Below are positions 39,003 through 49,228 of a DNA stretch of 57,755 bases, piece by piece. This DNA comes from Collinsella sp. GTDB taxonomy: Bacteria; Actinomycetota; Coriobacteriia; Coriobacteriales; Coriobacteriaceae. The notes below the pieces were generated by a model that made no database searches, had not been told where the DNA came from, and saw only the letters and a list, made by a program, of their open reading frames with translations. The stretch lies in assembly GCA_031295725.1 (NCBI GenBank), contig JAUMNV010000123.1, positions 1 to 57,755 of the forward strand, written 5' to 3'. The position numbers and the translations under genes were made by a program. Positions within the stretch are counted from its first letter, which is position 1, and every line of letters starts with the position of its first letter.

Positions 39003-39629
39003 TTATGCAAGCACCTCCCCGAAGTGAGCGGCGATGTCGGCGGGCATCAGCACGGCGTTGTTGTTGACGAGATCGTAGGTGTTGGCCTCGTCGGCAGTGA
39101 TGATGAACGTCTTGGGAATGTTGCGGAACGACAGGTAGGCGTTGACGTCCTCATCGCGAACGATGATGGTCAGACGCTTGCCCTCAAGGCCGAGAGCCTT
39201 GAGCATGGCGACGGCAGCCTTGGTGGAAGGCTTCTCGAAGCCGTAGTCGTCGACGAGCACGAGCTCGCCATCGGCCAGCTTGGCGGACAGCGCGGAGCGC
39301 ATAGCCAGCTTGACCTCCTTGTTGTTCATACGCTTAGCGTAGGAACGGGGCTTGGGGGCGAAGACAACGCCACCGTGACGCCACTGGGCAGCACGGATGG
39401 AACCCTGGCGGGCACGGCCGGTGCCCTTCTGACGCCAAGGCTTCTTGCCGCCACCGGAAACCTCAGAGCGGCCCTTAGCGGACTGGGTGCCCTGACGCCA
39501 AGAGGCCATCTGGCACTTGACGATGTGGTGCATAACGTGGATGTTCGGCTCGATGCCGTACACCTCAGCGGCGAGCTCGGCCTCGGCGACCTTCTTGCCC
39601 TCGCTGTTCTTTACTTCAAACTTTGCCAT
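39003..39629 (-). CDS. rplD: 50S ribosomal protein L4
   Basis: KPWRQKGTGRAR. Confidence 0.98.
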   Translation of the reverse strand: MAKFEVKNSEGKKVAEAELAAEVYGIEPNIHVMHHIVKCQMASWRQGTQSAKGRSEVSGGGKKPWRQKGTGRARQGSIRAAQWRHGGVVFAPKPRSYAKRMNNKEVKLAMRSALSAKLADGELVLVDDYGFEKPSTKAAVAMLKALGLEGKRLTIIVRDEDVNAYLSFRNIPKTFIITADEANTYDLVNNNAVLMPADIAAHFGEVLA

Positions 39630-39675
39630 TTAAGTGTTCTCCTTGGTATGACGCTGGGCTAAATGGGCTGGGCCC

Positions 39676-40296
39676 TTAGGCCATACGGATGGCGACGAGA
39701 CCATTCTTGGCACCCGGGACAGCGCCCTTGACCAAGATGAGGTTCTGCTCGGCATCGATGCGGACAACGGAAAGGTTCTTGACGGTAACGCGCTCGTTAC
39801 CCATGTGACCGGCCATCTTGACGCCCTTGAGGACGCGCGCAGGATAGGCGCACTGACCGATAGAACCGGGGTGACGCTGGAAGTGAGAACCATGCGTCAT
39901 AGGACCGCGGCGCTGACCCCAGCGCTTGATGCGACCCTGGAAGCCCTTACCCTTGGAGGTACCGATGACGTCGACCTTCTCGACATCAGCGAAATCAGCG
40001 ACGGTGACGACCTCGCCGACCTTGTGCTCCTCGCCGTTCTCGACGCGGACCTCACGAAGGAAACGGACAGGCTCGACGCCAGCCTTAGCGAAGTGACCAG
40101 CCATGGGCTTGTTCACGTTCTTGGCCTTGATGTCGCCGAAACCGATCTGGACGGCGTCATAGCCGTCGGTTGCCTGAGTTTTAACCTGCGAGACAGCGCA
40201 GGGGCCAGCCTGGATGACCGTGACGGGAACGACGTTGTCGTCCTCGTCCCAAACCTGGGTCATGCCAATCTTGCGGCCGAGAATCATGCTGATCAA
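39676..40296 (-). CDS. rplC: 50S ribosomal protein L3
   Basis: GRKIGMTQ and [11 protein letters not shown] start (alternative ATG at 40287). Confidence 0.97.
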   Translation of the reverse strand: MISMILGRKIGMTQVWDEDDNVVPVTVIQAGPCAVSQVKTQATDGYDAVQIGFGDIKAKNVNKPMAGHFAKAGVEPVRFLREVRVENGEEHKVGEVVTVADFADVEKVDVIGTSKGKGFQGRIKRWGQRRGPMTHGSHFQRHPGSIGQCAYPARVLKGVKMAGHMGNERVTVKNLSVVRIDAEQNLILVKGAVPGAKNGLVAIRMA

Positions 40297-40563
40297 GATA
40301 TGATCCCAACTCTCGCGTGGTCTTGGGACAATGCGTACACCACCGAGCGTACGCCCCTAGAGGACCACTACTTACACGACGTGCTCCCCAGCCTTGTATT
40401 GCGTCCGGACTACCTGACAACCCTATTAAGCAGGCATTTTGTCCAGCCAGAATACTCCCCTGGTTTCACACAGCTGTTTAGTATACACGGCTGCGGGCGT
40501 ATCCATCGAGATTCATATTTCACTCACATTGTTTACGCAGGTAAAGTGCGTGGAGTCGCCTGG

Positions 40564-40700
40564 GCTTGGCAGAGGGGCGGCGAAATATATTAAGTTTGCT
40601 GCTCTACAGTCCTGCGCAAGACGGAAAGCACATTAAGTGCTTTCCTTTGCGTGCGGAACTCGCGACAAACTTAATATATTTCGCCGCCCCTCTGCCAAGC
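40564..40700. repeat. Perfect 35-bp inverted repeat enclosing a second hairpin
   Basis: GCTTGGCAGAGGGGCGGCGAAATATATTAAGTTTG at 40564-40598 and its reverse complement at 40666-40700. Confidence 0.9.
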
Positions 40701-40744
40701 TCGGGAGACGACACGTTGATGTCTGCTTAACTCTGCTCGCTCAG

Positions 40745-41365
40745 CTAATTACTTTGTTGAGGGTCCACAATTTGTTGCAAGGTGAACTTGCATCGGGGCG
40801 TATCGTCCTCTTCTCGCGTATCGTCAAAATCGAAGACCATGATGGCGCAGTTGGGGAGTTTTGTTGGGAGCTTGAAGCCCCCTGGGGCTGCAGCCTTGAT
40901 GAATTGGCGGCTGGCGCTGCCGTGGCTTACTGCTAGGAGGGTTTCGATGCCCTCGGCTCCCATGAGATTGGTGAGGGTGCCTACCATGCGTTCTTGCAGC
41001 GCGCGGCTCCCTTCTCCTCCAAAGGGGACCAAATCCTCGCCGGGATCCCAGACGTCGGTAGGCAATGCGTCGTGGGGACCTTCCTCAAAGGTTCCATAGC
41101 AGCGCTCGATGATGCCTTCGCAGGGCTCGACTGCTGCGTCCGGGCCGAGGAGCTCGTATGCGACGAGCTGAGCTGTGTCCATGGCTCGGCCTAAGGGCGA
41201 AGAGACCACCTTGTCAGGAACGACATTGTGGGCTTTGAGCCATGCGGCTGCCATCCCGGCTTGCTGACGGCCCAAATCGGTGAGCGGTGAATCGCAACGA
41301 CCTTGGACGAGCTTTTTGACGTTGAATTCCGTCTGGCCGTGGCGGAGCAGATACAGCCTCTTCAT
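40745..41365 (-). CDS. Histidine phosphatase family protein
   Basis: LLRHGQT, SSPLGRA and VSHG. Confidence 0.92.
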   Translation of the reverse strand: MKRLYLLRHGQTEFNVKKLVQGRCDSPLTDLGRQQAGMAAAWLKAHNVVPDKVVSSPLGRAMDTAQLVAYELLGPDAAVEPCEGIIERCYGTFEEGPHDALPTDVWDPGEDLVPFGGEGSRALQERMVGTLTNLMGAEGIETLLAVSHGSASRQFIKAAAPGGFKLPTKLPNCAIMVFDFDDTREEDDTPRCKFTLQQIVDPQQSN

Positions 41366-41404
41366 ATTCTCCCCTTCTGCATAACTTGCTTTGCCGGCAC
41401 AGCC

Positions 41405-42565
41405 TTACTCATGGGTATGCCCTACGTAGTCTTCGTCGATCGTAATCTTGGCAATCGACTTGGGGTATTCCGACTCGACCCGTTGTGCCAGCGCGTGTTT
41501 TACGTCTTCGGCACTCATCTGCAGATCCGAGGGGCGCACGCAGTCGAAAATCACATTGGTGTGCGTAGGACCCGGCACACAGCGCAGGTCATGAATCGAG
41601 AGGCGACTATCGATCTCCTGAGCCATTGCGTTAATGCGTGAACGCATGCTCGCCACCTTGGGGTCGTCGGTCACGATGGGGTCGTAATGGAGCGTGACAA
41701 TCATGCCATCTTCGTTCCTAAACGACTGCTCGATGTTATCGAGCGTGTCGTGACTTTCCAGCGGGCTGGCCTCGGCTGCCATCTCGGCGTGAGCGCTTGC
41801 GAACTTCCTGCCCGGGCCGTAGTCGTGAACCATTAGGTCATGGACGCCCAAGACGCCGGGATAGCTCATGATCTTGCTGCGGATATGCTCGACGAGCTTA
41901 GGATCGGGCGTCTGGCCCAAAAGCGGGCTCACCGTATCTTGGATAAGCTCAAAGCCGCTCCAGCCAATATAGGCGCCAACGGCAAGGCCGACCCATGCGT
42001 CAAGATTGATGTGCGTCACCTGCGAAACAATTGCGCACGCCAGCACGGCGCCCGTGGCAAGGACATCGTTCTTGGAATCCTGCGCGGTCGCATGCAGCGT
42101 CTCGGACTCAATGCGATCGCCGAGCTTTTGGTTGAGGGCCGCCATCCAGAGCTTTACGACCATCGAAAGCACTAGAACTGCCACCAGGGCAAGCGAGAAC
42201 TCGACAGGTTCGGGGTGGATGACGCGCTCAACCGAGGACTTCACCAGTTCAAGGCCAATGAGAAGCACGAGCGCCGCCACGACAAGACCCGAGAGGTACT
42301 CGTAGCGACCATGGCCGTATGGATGCTCGGGGTCGGCGGGCTTGCTCGCCAGCTTAAAGCCCAGCACGCTCACGATATTCGAGCTGGCATCGGACAGGTT
42401 GTTCATGGCATCCGCAACAATCGAAACCGATCCCGAAACCACACCAATTGCACCCTTCGCAGCACAAAGCGCAACATTGGCGACAATACACACCATGCCC
42501 GCTAACGTGCCCACACGCGCACGATCGCCCTGCGCGCGCTTAACTATCCACTCGACCATCTGCAT
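41405..42565 (-). CDS. Cation diffusion facilitator transporter
   Basis: ADAMNNLSD, HPYGHGRYEY and VHDLMVHDYGPG. Confidence 0.92.
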   Translation of the reverse strand: MQMVEWIVKRAQGDRARVGTLAGMVCIVANVALCAAKGAIGVVSGSVSIVADAMNNLSDASSNIVSVLGFKLASKPADPEHPYGHGRYEYLSGLVVAALVLLIGLELVKSSVERVIHPEPVEFSLALVAVLVLSMVVKLWMAALNQKLGDRIESETLHATAQDSKNDVLATGAVLACAIVSQVTHINLDAWVGLAVGAYIGWSGFELIQDTVSPLLGQTPDPKLVEHIRSKIMSYPGVLGVHDLMVHDYGPGRKFASAHAEMAAEASPLESHDTLDNIEQSFRNEDGMIVTLHYDPIVTDDPKVASMRSRINAMAQEIDSRLSIHDLRCVPGPTHTNVIFDCVRPSDLQMSAEDVKHALAQRVESEYPKSIAKITIDEDYVGHTHE

Positions 42566-42709
42566 CCGCCCCCACGGTACTACCTATATATCTATTGCTC
42601 AAACGGATTGTAGTGTAGCCACTTTGTCCTCAAGATACAAAAAGGCCGCAGCCCACACGGGCCACGGCCTTGGAATGTGACAAAGGAATCGTCCTTTTGT
42701 CGCACAGGT

Positions 42710-43948
42710 TTATGCGCTTACTTCAGCAGCGCTCGCCACCGTTTCGGGCGAATCGGCTCCGTTCCCCGTCGCCTGCCCCTTCGCCGGCACCACGCCAAAG
42801 CAGTAGCTCAGCGCCGCAGACACCGCAAATGCCGTGCCACCGGCAACGCAGCACCACAGTAGGTTCGAAATGCCGCCCGTGGCAAAGCCAATGACCATGA
42901 GGACATTCGTCATGCCGATGGTATAGGCCGTAACGTGGCCCACGGCCGCAACAAGGCCTCCGACGGCGCCGCCAATGGCCATGCACGTCAGGCACCTGCC
43001 ATATTTAAAGCCGCAACCGTACAGCGCCGGCTCGCTTACGCCGCCAAGAACACCCGAGATTGAATAGCCCAGCATGAGCGTCTTCTCGTCCTTATCCGCA
43101 ACGCGGAGCGACGCGCCAAAGGGCATGCCCCAAACGGCAAACGTTGCCATCGTCGCGGCGATCAGGATGCACGAATCCGTTCCCACACTCATAAACTGCG
43201 CATAGGCGAGCGATAGGACAACGTTGCTGACGCCCGCGATCTTAAGGAACTCCCAGCCCGCGGCAAGCCCCATGAGCGTGAGCAACGATACGATGCCACC
43301 GGAATTGCCAAGCATAAACATAAGCTGGCCCAACAGCATGCCCAAATAGCTGCCCGCCGGCGCCGTAATACACAGCGAAACCGGAACCATAACAAGCATG
43401 GTCGCAAACGGAACAAACGAAAACGCCACGGCCTTAGGGATAACGCGCCGAAAGAAACACTCCACTTGCCAAAGCACGGGTACCGAGATGAGAATCGGAA
43501 TAACAGTCGTCGTGTAATCGTTGACCGGCGCGGGAAGCAGGCCATACACGGAAGTCATCGATGCCCCCGTCGTCGATGCGGCATCGACGAGCTTAAGCAG
43601 ATCGGGCGCAATCAATACGCCGCCCAGCATCATGCCCAGCTGCTCCGAGCAACCGAGCTGGCGGGCGGCCGCCCAACCAAGATAAATGGGCAAAAAGTAG
43701 TAACCGGCGTTATAGAGCCAACTGTAGAACAGGCGATAGATTTCGGAATCGGCAGACCATAGGCCCAGCATGCCTTCGCCCATAATGACGGCGACGGTGC
43801 GGAACAACGCCGCGCAGACAATAAACGGCAACGCCGACATCATGCTTTTGGACAGATAGTCCACCACGGCCATGGCGTTTGATGAGACCGTCGTTGTAAA
43901 CGAGGTGTTAGAAACTTGTGACACAGGAACCCTTTCCCAATGTGACAT
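42710..43948 (-). CDS. Stand-alone PTS EIIC (sucrose/beta-glucoside-like)
   Basis: YYFLPIYLG, YTTTVIPIL and GGVSEPALYG; start uncertain. Confidence 0.75.
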   Translation of the reverse strand: MSHWERVPVSQVSNTSFTTTVSSNAMAVVDYLSKSMMSALPFIVCAALFRTVAVIMGEGMLGLWSADSEIYRLFYSWLYNAGYYFLPIYLGWAAARQLGCSEQLGMMLGGVLIAPDLLKLVDAASTTGASMTSVYGLLPAPVNDYTTTVIPILISVPVLWQVECFFRRVIPKAVAFSFVPFATMLVMVPVSLCITAPAGSYLGMLLGQLMFMLGNSGGIVSLLTLMGLAAGWEFLKIAGVSNVVLSLAYAQFMSVGTDSCILIAATMATFAVWGMPFGASLRVADKDEKTLMLGYSISGVLGGVSEPALYGCGFKYGRCLTCMAIGGAVGGLVAAVGHVTAYTIGMTNVLMVIGFATGGISNLLWCCVAGGTAFAVSAALSYCFGVVPAKGQATGNGADSPETVASAAEVSA

Positions 43949-43964
43949 GCGGACTGTCCCTTTG

Positions 43965-45689
43965 TCACATCGTGCGATACCGACCGATTGCGCGGTACTT
44001 TTCGTAGCGGAGGTTTGTGAGGGTCGCGTCGTCGAGCCGCCCAAGCGTATCGAAGGCATCAAATGCCGAGGACATGACGGCGCCGGCGATCTCCTCATGC
44101 GACAGGCCCCTATCGTCAACAATGCCGTCGATGATACCGAGCGCCAACAGGTCGGGAGCCGTGAGTTTCAGCGCCTCGGCGGCCTCATTCGCGCGCTCGG
44201 TATCCTTCCACAGGATCGACGCACAGGCCTCGGGGCTCACGACCGAATAGGCCGAGCTCGAGAGCATCAGAATGCGGTCGGCCACGGACAGCGCCAGCGC
44301 GCCACCAGAGCCGCCCTCGCCTGTTACCACCGAGACAATCGGCGTCTTAAGGCCGCTCATCTCCATGAGATTCTGGGCGATAGCCTCGCCCTGACCGCGT
44401 TCCTCGGCACCGATGCCGCAAAACGCGCCCGAAGTATCGACCAGGCACAGAACCGGCCGACCAAACTTTTCGGCTTGGCGCATAAGGCGACGCGCTTTAC
44501 GGTAGCCCTCGGGATGCGCCATGCCAAAGTTGCGGCGCATACGCTCTTTGGTCGTGGTGCCGCGCTCGATGGCGATGACCGTTACGGGGCGCCCGTCCTT
44601 CCAGCCAATGCCAGCCACCACAGCGGCGTCGTCGCCAAAGTAACGGTCGCCGTGCAGCTCCACAAATCCGTCCAGGCCTAGCGAGATCATCTCGCCCGCC
44701 GTGGCGCGATCTGCCGAGCGGGTCTGCTTGACAATCTCGAGCGCGGTTTTTGGTGCCGTCGAGCGCTTGAACAAGTGTCCCAGCTTTTTGCCGCGGCGAC
44801 CCGTATGCACGATCTCGTGCGGTGCCCCCAGGCCGGGCGCGTGCCCTTCGTGCAGCGCCAGCAGCTCGCCTACCGTGAGCGCAATCTCGCCACGCGGAAC
44901 AACGGCATCGCAAAAGCCGTGCTCCAGCAAAAACTCGGAGCGCTGGAATCCCTTGGGCAGGCGCTTGTGCATGTTCTGCTCGATCACGCGCGGGCCGGCA
45001 AATGCCGTCAGGGCATCGGGCTCGGCCAGGATAATGTCGCCCTCCATGGCAAAGCTCGCGGTTACGCCTCCGGTCGTGGGGTCGGTGAGCACCGTGATAT
45101 ACAGGCCGCCCGCCTCGCTGTGGCGCCTAACCGCCGCAGAAATCTTGGCCATCTGCATAAGCGAGGTCACGCCCTCTTGCATGCGCGCACCGCCCGAAAC
45201 GGTAAAGCCGACAACTGGCAATCCCAGCTCGGTCGCACGCTCAAATGCGCGACAGATCTTCTCGCCCACCACAGAGCCCATCGAGCCCATCATAAAGTTA
45301 GCGTCCATAAAGAAGAGCGCCGTATCGCAGCCGCAGATTTTGCCCCTGCCGCACACAACGGCATCGCGCTCGCCCGAACGCTCGCTCACGCTCTTGAGCT
45401 TATCGGCATAGCCGGGAAACGAGAGGAAGTCCTCCGACGCCAGATTGGCATCCCATTCCTCAAACGTGCCCTCATCGACCGTCATGCGCATGCGCGCGCG
45501 ACCGCTCACGCGAAAGTGTTTGCCGCAACGGGGGCAGACCTCGAGGTTGTCGTGCAGGCGTGCCTCATCGATCACACGGCGGCACTCCGGGCACTTGATA
45601 AACACGTGGCGCGCGGGAAACTCGGCGCATGACTCGGTTATCGGCCCCTCAAGGACATTGACCGTCTTCGCTTTTCTATTCATCAGCAT
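43965..45689 (-). CDS. accDA: Fused acetyl-CoA carboxyltransferase beta/alpha
   Basis: Zn finger CPEC/CPRC, GGARMQEG and PTTGGV, then PEGYRKA and GEGGSGGALA in one ORF. Confidence 0.92.
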   Translation of the reverse strand: MLMNRKAKTVNVLEGPITESCAEFPARHVFIKCPECRRVIDEARLHDNLEVCPRCGKHFRVSGRARMRMTVDEGTFEEWDANLASEDFLSFPGYADKLKSVSERSGERDAVVCGRGKICGCDTALFFMDANFMMGSMGSVVGEKICRAFERATELGLPVVGFTVSGGARMQEGVTSLMQMAKISAAVRRHSEAGGLYITVLTDPTTGGVTASFAMEGDIILAEPDALTAFAGPRVIEQNMHKRLPKGFQRSEFLLEHGFCDAVVPRGEIALTVGELLALHEGHAPGLGAPHEIVHTGRRGKKLGHLFKRSTAPKTALEIVKQTRSADRATAGEMISLGLDGFVELHGDRYFGDDAAVVAGIGWKDGRPVTVIAIERGTTTKERMRRNFGMAHPEGYRKARRLMRQAEKFGRPVLCLVDTSGAFCGIGAEERGQGEAIAQNLMEMSGLKTPIVSVVTGEGGSGGALALSVADRILMLSSSAYSVVSPEACASILWKDTERANEAAEALKLTAPDLLALGIIDGIVDDRGLSHEEIAGAVMSSAFDAFDTLGRLDDATLTNLRYEKYRAIGRYRTM

Positions 45690-47019
45690 AGAGATGCCCC
45701 ATCAGATCGGTGTGATACATGCCCGACAAGAACTCGTCGTTTGCCAGCACGTCGAGCTGAAGCTCGCTGTTTTCGCTCACGCCCTCAATCACGAGCTCGC
45801 CCAGGGCCGAGCGCATCTTGCGAATGGCACCGTCACGCGTGGGCGCACACACGATGAGCTTGCCGAGCATGGAGTCGTAGTACGGCGGAACGTTCGCACC
45901 GGTAAACATGGCGGAATCCCAGCGCACGCGCGGACCACCCGGCACACGTAACGCGGTGATCGTTCCGCATGACGGCAGAAAGTCCGGCGTTTCGGCATTG
46001 ATGCGGCACTCCATGGCGTGGTTGCGGACCGGCATGTCCTCCTGCTCAAAGGGCAAAGGTTGGCCGGCCGCCACGCGCAGCTGCCACTTGACCAAGTCGG
46101 TATCGGTCACAAACTCCGTAACCGGATGCTCCACCTGCAAGCGCGTGTTCATTTCCATAAAGTAGAAATTGCCGTCGTCCGAATACAGGAACTCGATGGT
46201 ACCGGCTCCTTCGTAGCCGACGGCACGAGCCAGGTCGCGCGCGGCTTTGTGCATGCGAGCACGAATGTCATCGTGTCCGTCGAGGCACGGCGCGGGGCTC
46301 TCCTCGATCAGCTTTTGGTTGCGGCGCTGCACCGAGCACTCACGCTCGCCAAGCGAAAACACATGGCCCTGCTTATCGGCCATAATCTGCACCTCGACGT
46401 GGTGCGCCGGCGCGACAAACTTCTCCATGTAGCACTCGCCGTCGCCAAAAACGGCCTCGCCCTCGGCACGCGCCTCGATGAACGCCTTTGCCGCATCTTC
46501 CACGCGCTCGACCTTGCGAATGCCGCGACCGCCGCCACCTGCACGCGCCTTGATGAGCACGGGGCAGCCGATGCGCTCGGCCTCGGCCGTCGCCTCCTCG
46601 GGGCTTTTGAGCAAATCGCAGCCCGGAACGATAGGCACGCCCGCCGCGGCAGCCGTTCGGCGTGCGGCGTCCTTGTCGCCCATGCTGTCGATGACCTCGG
46701 CCGAGGGACCAACAAACGCCAGGCCATACTTGTCGCAGTCGCGCACGAAGCTCGCCTTCTCGGAAAAGAAACCGTAGCCAGGATGGATCGCCTTTGCCCC
46801 CGACTTTACGGCACAGGTGAGCACAGCGTCGTCGTTGAGGTAGCTCTCGGCAAGACGCGGGCCGCCGATGCAATATGCCTCGTCGGCAAGCTGCACGTGC
46901 AGCGCGTCCGCATCGGCCGTGGAGTAGACGGCGACGGTCTTGATGCCCATATCGCGGCACGCGCGGATAACACGGACCGCGACTTCGCCGCGGTTGGCGA
47001 TGAGCACTTTGTCGAACAT
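45676..47019 (-). CDS. accC: Biotin carboxylase
   Basis: MFDKVLIANRGE, HPGYGF and EMNTRLQVEH. Confidence 0.95.
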   Translation of the reverse strand: MFDKVLIANRGEVAVRVIRACRDMGIKTVAVYSTADADALHVQLADEAYCIGGPRLAESYLNDDAVLTCAVKSGAKAIHPGYGFFSEKASFVRDCDKYGLAFVGPSAEVIDSMGDKDAARRTAAAAGVPIVPGCDLLKSPEEATAEAERIGCPVLIKARAGGGGRGIRKVERVEDAAKAFIEARAEGEAVFGDGECYMEKFVAPAHHVEVQIMADKQGHVFSLGERECSVQRRNQKLIEESPAPCLDGHDDIRARMHKAARDLARAVGYEGAGTIEFLYSDDGNFYFMEMNTRLQVEHPVTEFVTDTDLVKWQLRVAAGQPLPFEQEDMPVRNHAMECRINAETPDFLPSCGTITALRVPGGPRVRWDSAMFTGANVPPYYDSMLGKLIVCAPTRDGAIRKMRSALGELVIEGVSENSELQLDVLANDEFLSGMYHTDLMGHLYADE

Positions 47020-47029
47020 GAAGCCTTCC

Positions 47030-47461
47030 TTAACTTTCGTGCATGAGTGCAAAAGACATATCGGCGCGGCAGCAAACCTCACCGTTAACGCTCGCAGTGC
47101 CCGTCGCAAAGCGGAACGGCCCGCGCGCACGCGTGATGGAGCACACCAGATCCACCGTGTCGCCCGGGCGCACCGGACGCTTAAAGCGCACCTTGTCCAG
47201 ACTCGTGTAGAACGGCGTCGCGCCGCGCGCCTCCTCATCGCCCATCAGCAGCACGCAGCAGTTCTGGGCGAGCATCTCGCACTGAATCACGCCGGGGACC
47301 ACCGGGTTTCCCGGAAAATGCCCCTGCAAAAAATACTCGTCGCCCGTAATCGTGATCTTGCCGTGGGCCTCGTCGCCCACCAGCTCGGCTTCGTCAAGCA
47401 AAAGCATCGGCTCGCGATGCGGCAACAGCTTCTTGAGCTCTTCTTTGTTCATGGATATCAC
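47030..47461 (-). CDS. fabZ: 3-hydroxyacyl-ACP dehydratase
   Basis: LPHR and GHFPGNPVVPGV. Confidence 0.9.
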   Translation of the reverse strand: MISMNKEELKKLLPHREPMLLLDEAELVGDEAHGKITITGDEYFLQGHFPGNPVVPGVIQCEMLAQNCCVLLMGDEEARGATPFYTSLDKVRFKRPVRPGDTVDLVCSITRARGPFRFATGTASVNGEVCCRADMSFALMHES

Positions 47462-47938
47462 CTATCCGATCCTCATGAGGCAGCTGCCAAACTCCACGAG
47501 GTCGCCGTCGGCCACGCAGATCTCGAGCACCTCGCCATCCGCCTCTGCCGTCACCTCGTTGAGAACCTTCATGGCCTCGATGATGCAGAGGGTCTCGCCG
47601 GCCTTGACCTTGGAGCCCACGTGCACAAACGGTTCGTCGCCCGGCGCCGGGGCAGCATAGAAAACGCCGACCATGGGAGCGGTCACCTCGGTGCCCTTGG
47701 GCTCCGGTGCGGCGGCAGGTGTCTGCGCGGCGGGTTCCGGTGCGGTGGCAGGCATGGCGACAGGAGCCACCGCCGGAGCAGTCACGGCACCCGGCATAGG
47801 CATGGGCACGGCGACCGGCTGCGTGGCGCTCGCGCGCTCGAGTTCGACCGCGGTGCCATCGGGCTCCTCAACGCGTACGCGCGTGAGGCCGCGGTCCTCC
47901 ATAACATCGGCTATCTCGGCAAGTCTTTTGGAATCCAT
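47462..47938 (-). CDS. accB: Biotin carboxyl carrier protein
   Basis: IIEAMKV biotinylation motif. Confidence 0.95.
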   Translation of the reverse strand: MDSKRLAEIADVMEDRGLTRVRVEEPDGTAVELERASATQPVAVPMPMPGAVTAPAVAPVAMPATAPEPAAQTPAAAPEPKGTEVTAPMVGVFYAAPAPGDEPFVHVGSKVKAGETLCIIEAMKVLNEVTAEADGEVLEICVADGDLVEFGSCLMRIG

Positions 47939-47941
47939 GCT

Positions 47942-49189
47942 CTAGCTCCTCGTATATCTACGCAGCGCGATGGCGGCGTTGTGCCCGCCAAAGCCCAGGT
48001 TGGTCGAAAGCGCCCAGGTAAGATCGGCGCGAACCGCGCGATTGGGCGTGTAATCAAGATCGCAGGCGGGATCGGGTGTGTGGTAGTTAATGGTCGGGGG
48101 CACCACGCCCTGCTCGAGCGCCATGGCACAGGCCATGACCTCGATGGCGCCCGTAGCACCGATCATGTGGCCGGTCATCGACTTGGTCGATGAGACATGC
48201 GCGGCGCGCGCCGCGTCCTCGCCGAGCGCGCGCTTAATGCCCGCCGTCTCGGACGAATCGTTGAGCTTGGTCGAGGTGCCGTGGGCATTGATGTAGAGAC
48301 CCTCGGAAGGCTTGACGTCACCCTCGGCAACCGCCAGCGATATCGCGCGGGCAATGCCGGCAGCCTCGGGATCGGGGCTCGTGATGTGATAGGCATCATC
48401 GGTGTTGCCGTAACCCACGACCTCGGCATAAATATGCGCACCGCGCGCCAGCGCGTGTTCCATGCTCTCCAACACGAGCACGCAGGCGCCCTCGCCCATC
48501 ACAAAGCCGTCGCGGTCTGCATCGAACGGACGGCATGCCGTCGCAGGATCGGGGTTGGTGGTCAATGCGCGGCAGGACGTAAAGCCCGCAACAGCATCGG
48601 GGATAATTGCGGCCTCGGCACCGCCGGCGAGAATCGCATCGGCATAGCCGTGCTTGATAGCACGGAACGCCTCGCCCACCGCATGGGCCGAGGTCGCACA
48701 CGCAGTCACCACGGGCAGGGTCGGGCCTTTTGCCTTGTGGCGGATTGCGATATTGCCTGAAGCCATATTGGGAATCATCATCGCAATCATATAGGGCGAT
48801 GCGCGGCGAGGTCCCCGATCGGCGATCGTGTGGACGTTGTCGACGAGTGTCTGCATGCCGCCCACGCCCGAACCCACGTAGACGCCCAGGCGCTCGCGAT
48901 CGATGGCGCCCTCGACATCAAAGCCCGCATCGTGCATGGCCTCGTCCGACGCTGCCAGGGCAAACTGAACGCAGGGGTCCAGGTGCTTGGCGTCACGCTT
49001 GCCAAAGTACTCGTTGCCGTCAAAACCCTTGACCTCGGCCGCCACCTTAACGGCAAACGCATCGGTATCGAAGTGCGTGATCGGGCCGATGCCGCACGTG
49101 CCGGCGCACATGGCCGCCCAGGTAGCAAGCGCCGTGTTACCGAGCGGCGATACGGCACCGATACCGGTGATTGCAACTCTCTGTTCCAT
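47942..49189 (-). CDS. fabF: 3-oxoacyl-ACP synthase II
   Basis: TACAT, NAHGTST, KSMTGH and GFGGHN. Confidence 0.95.
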   Translation of the reverse strand: MEQRVAITGIGAVSPLGNTALATWAAMCAGTCGIGPITHFDTDAFAVKVAAEVKGFDGNEYFGKRDAKHLDPCVQFALAASDEAMHDAGFDVEGAIDRERLGVYVGSGVGGMQTLVDNVHTIADRGPRRASPYMIAMMIPNMASGNIAIRHKAKGPTLPVVTACATSAHAVGEAFRAIKHGYADAILAGGAEAAIIPDAVAGFTSCRALTTNPDPATACRPFDADRDGFVMGEGACVLVLESMEHALARGAHIYAEVVGYGNTDDAYHITSPDPEAAGIARAISLAVAEGDVKPSEGLYINAHGTSTKLNDSSETAGIKRALGEDAARAAHVSSTKSMTGHMIGATGAIEVMACAMALEQGVVPPTINYHTPDPACDLDYTPNRAVRADLTWALSTNLGFGGHNAAIALRRYTRS

Positions 49190-49228
49190 CATGGTCTCCT
49201 CATTCAAGCCGTTGTTCGGCCCTGGTTT

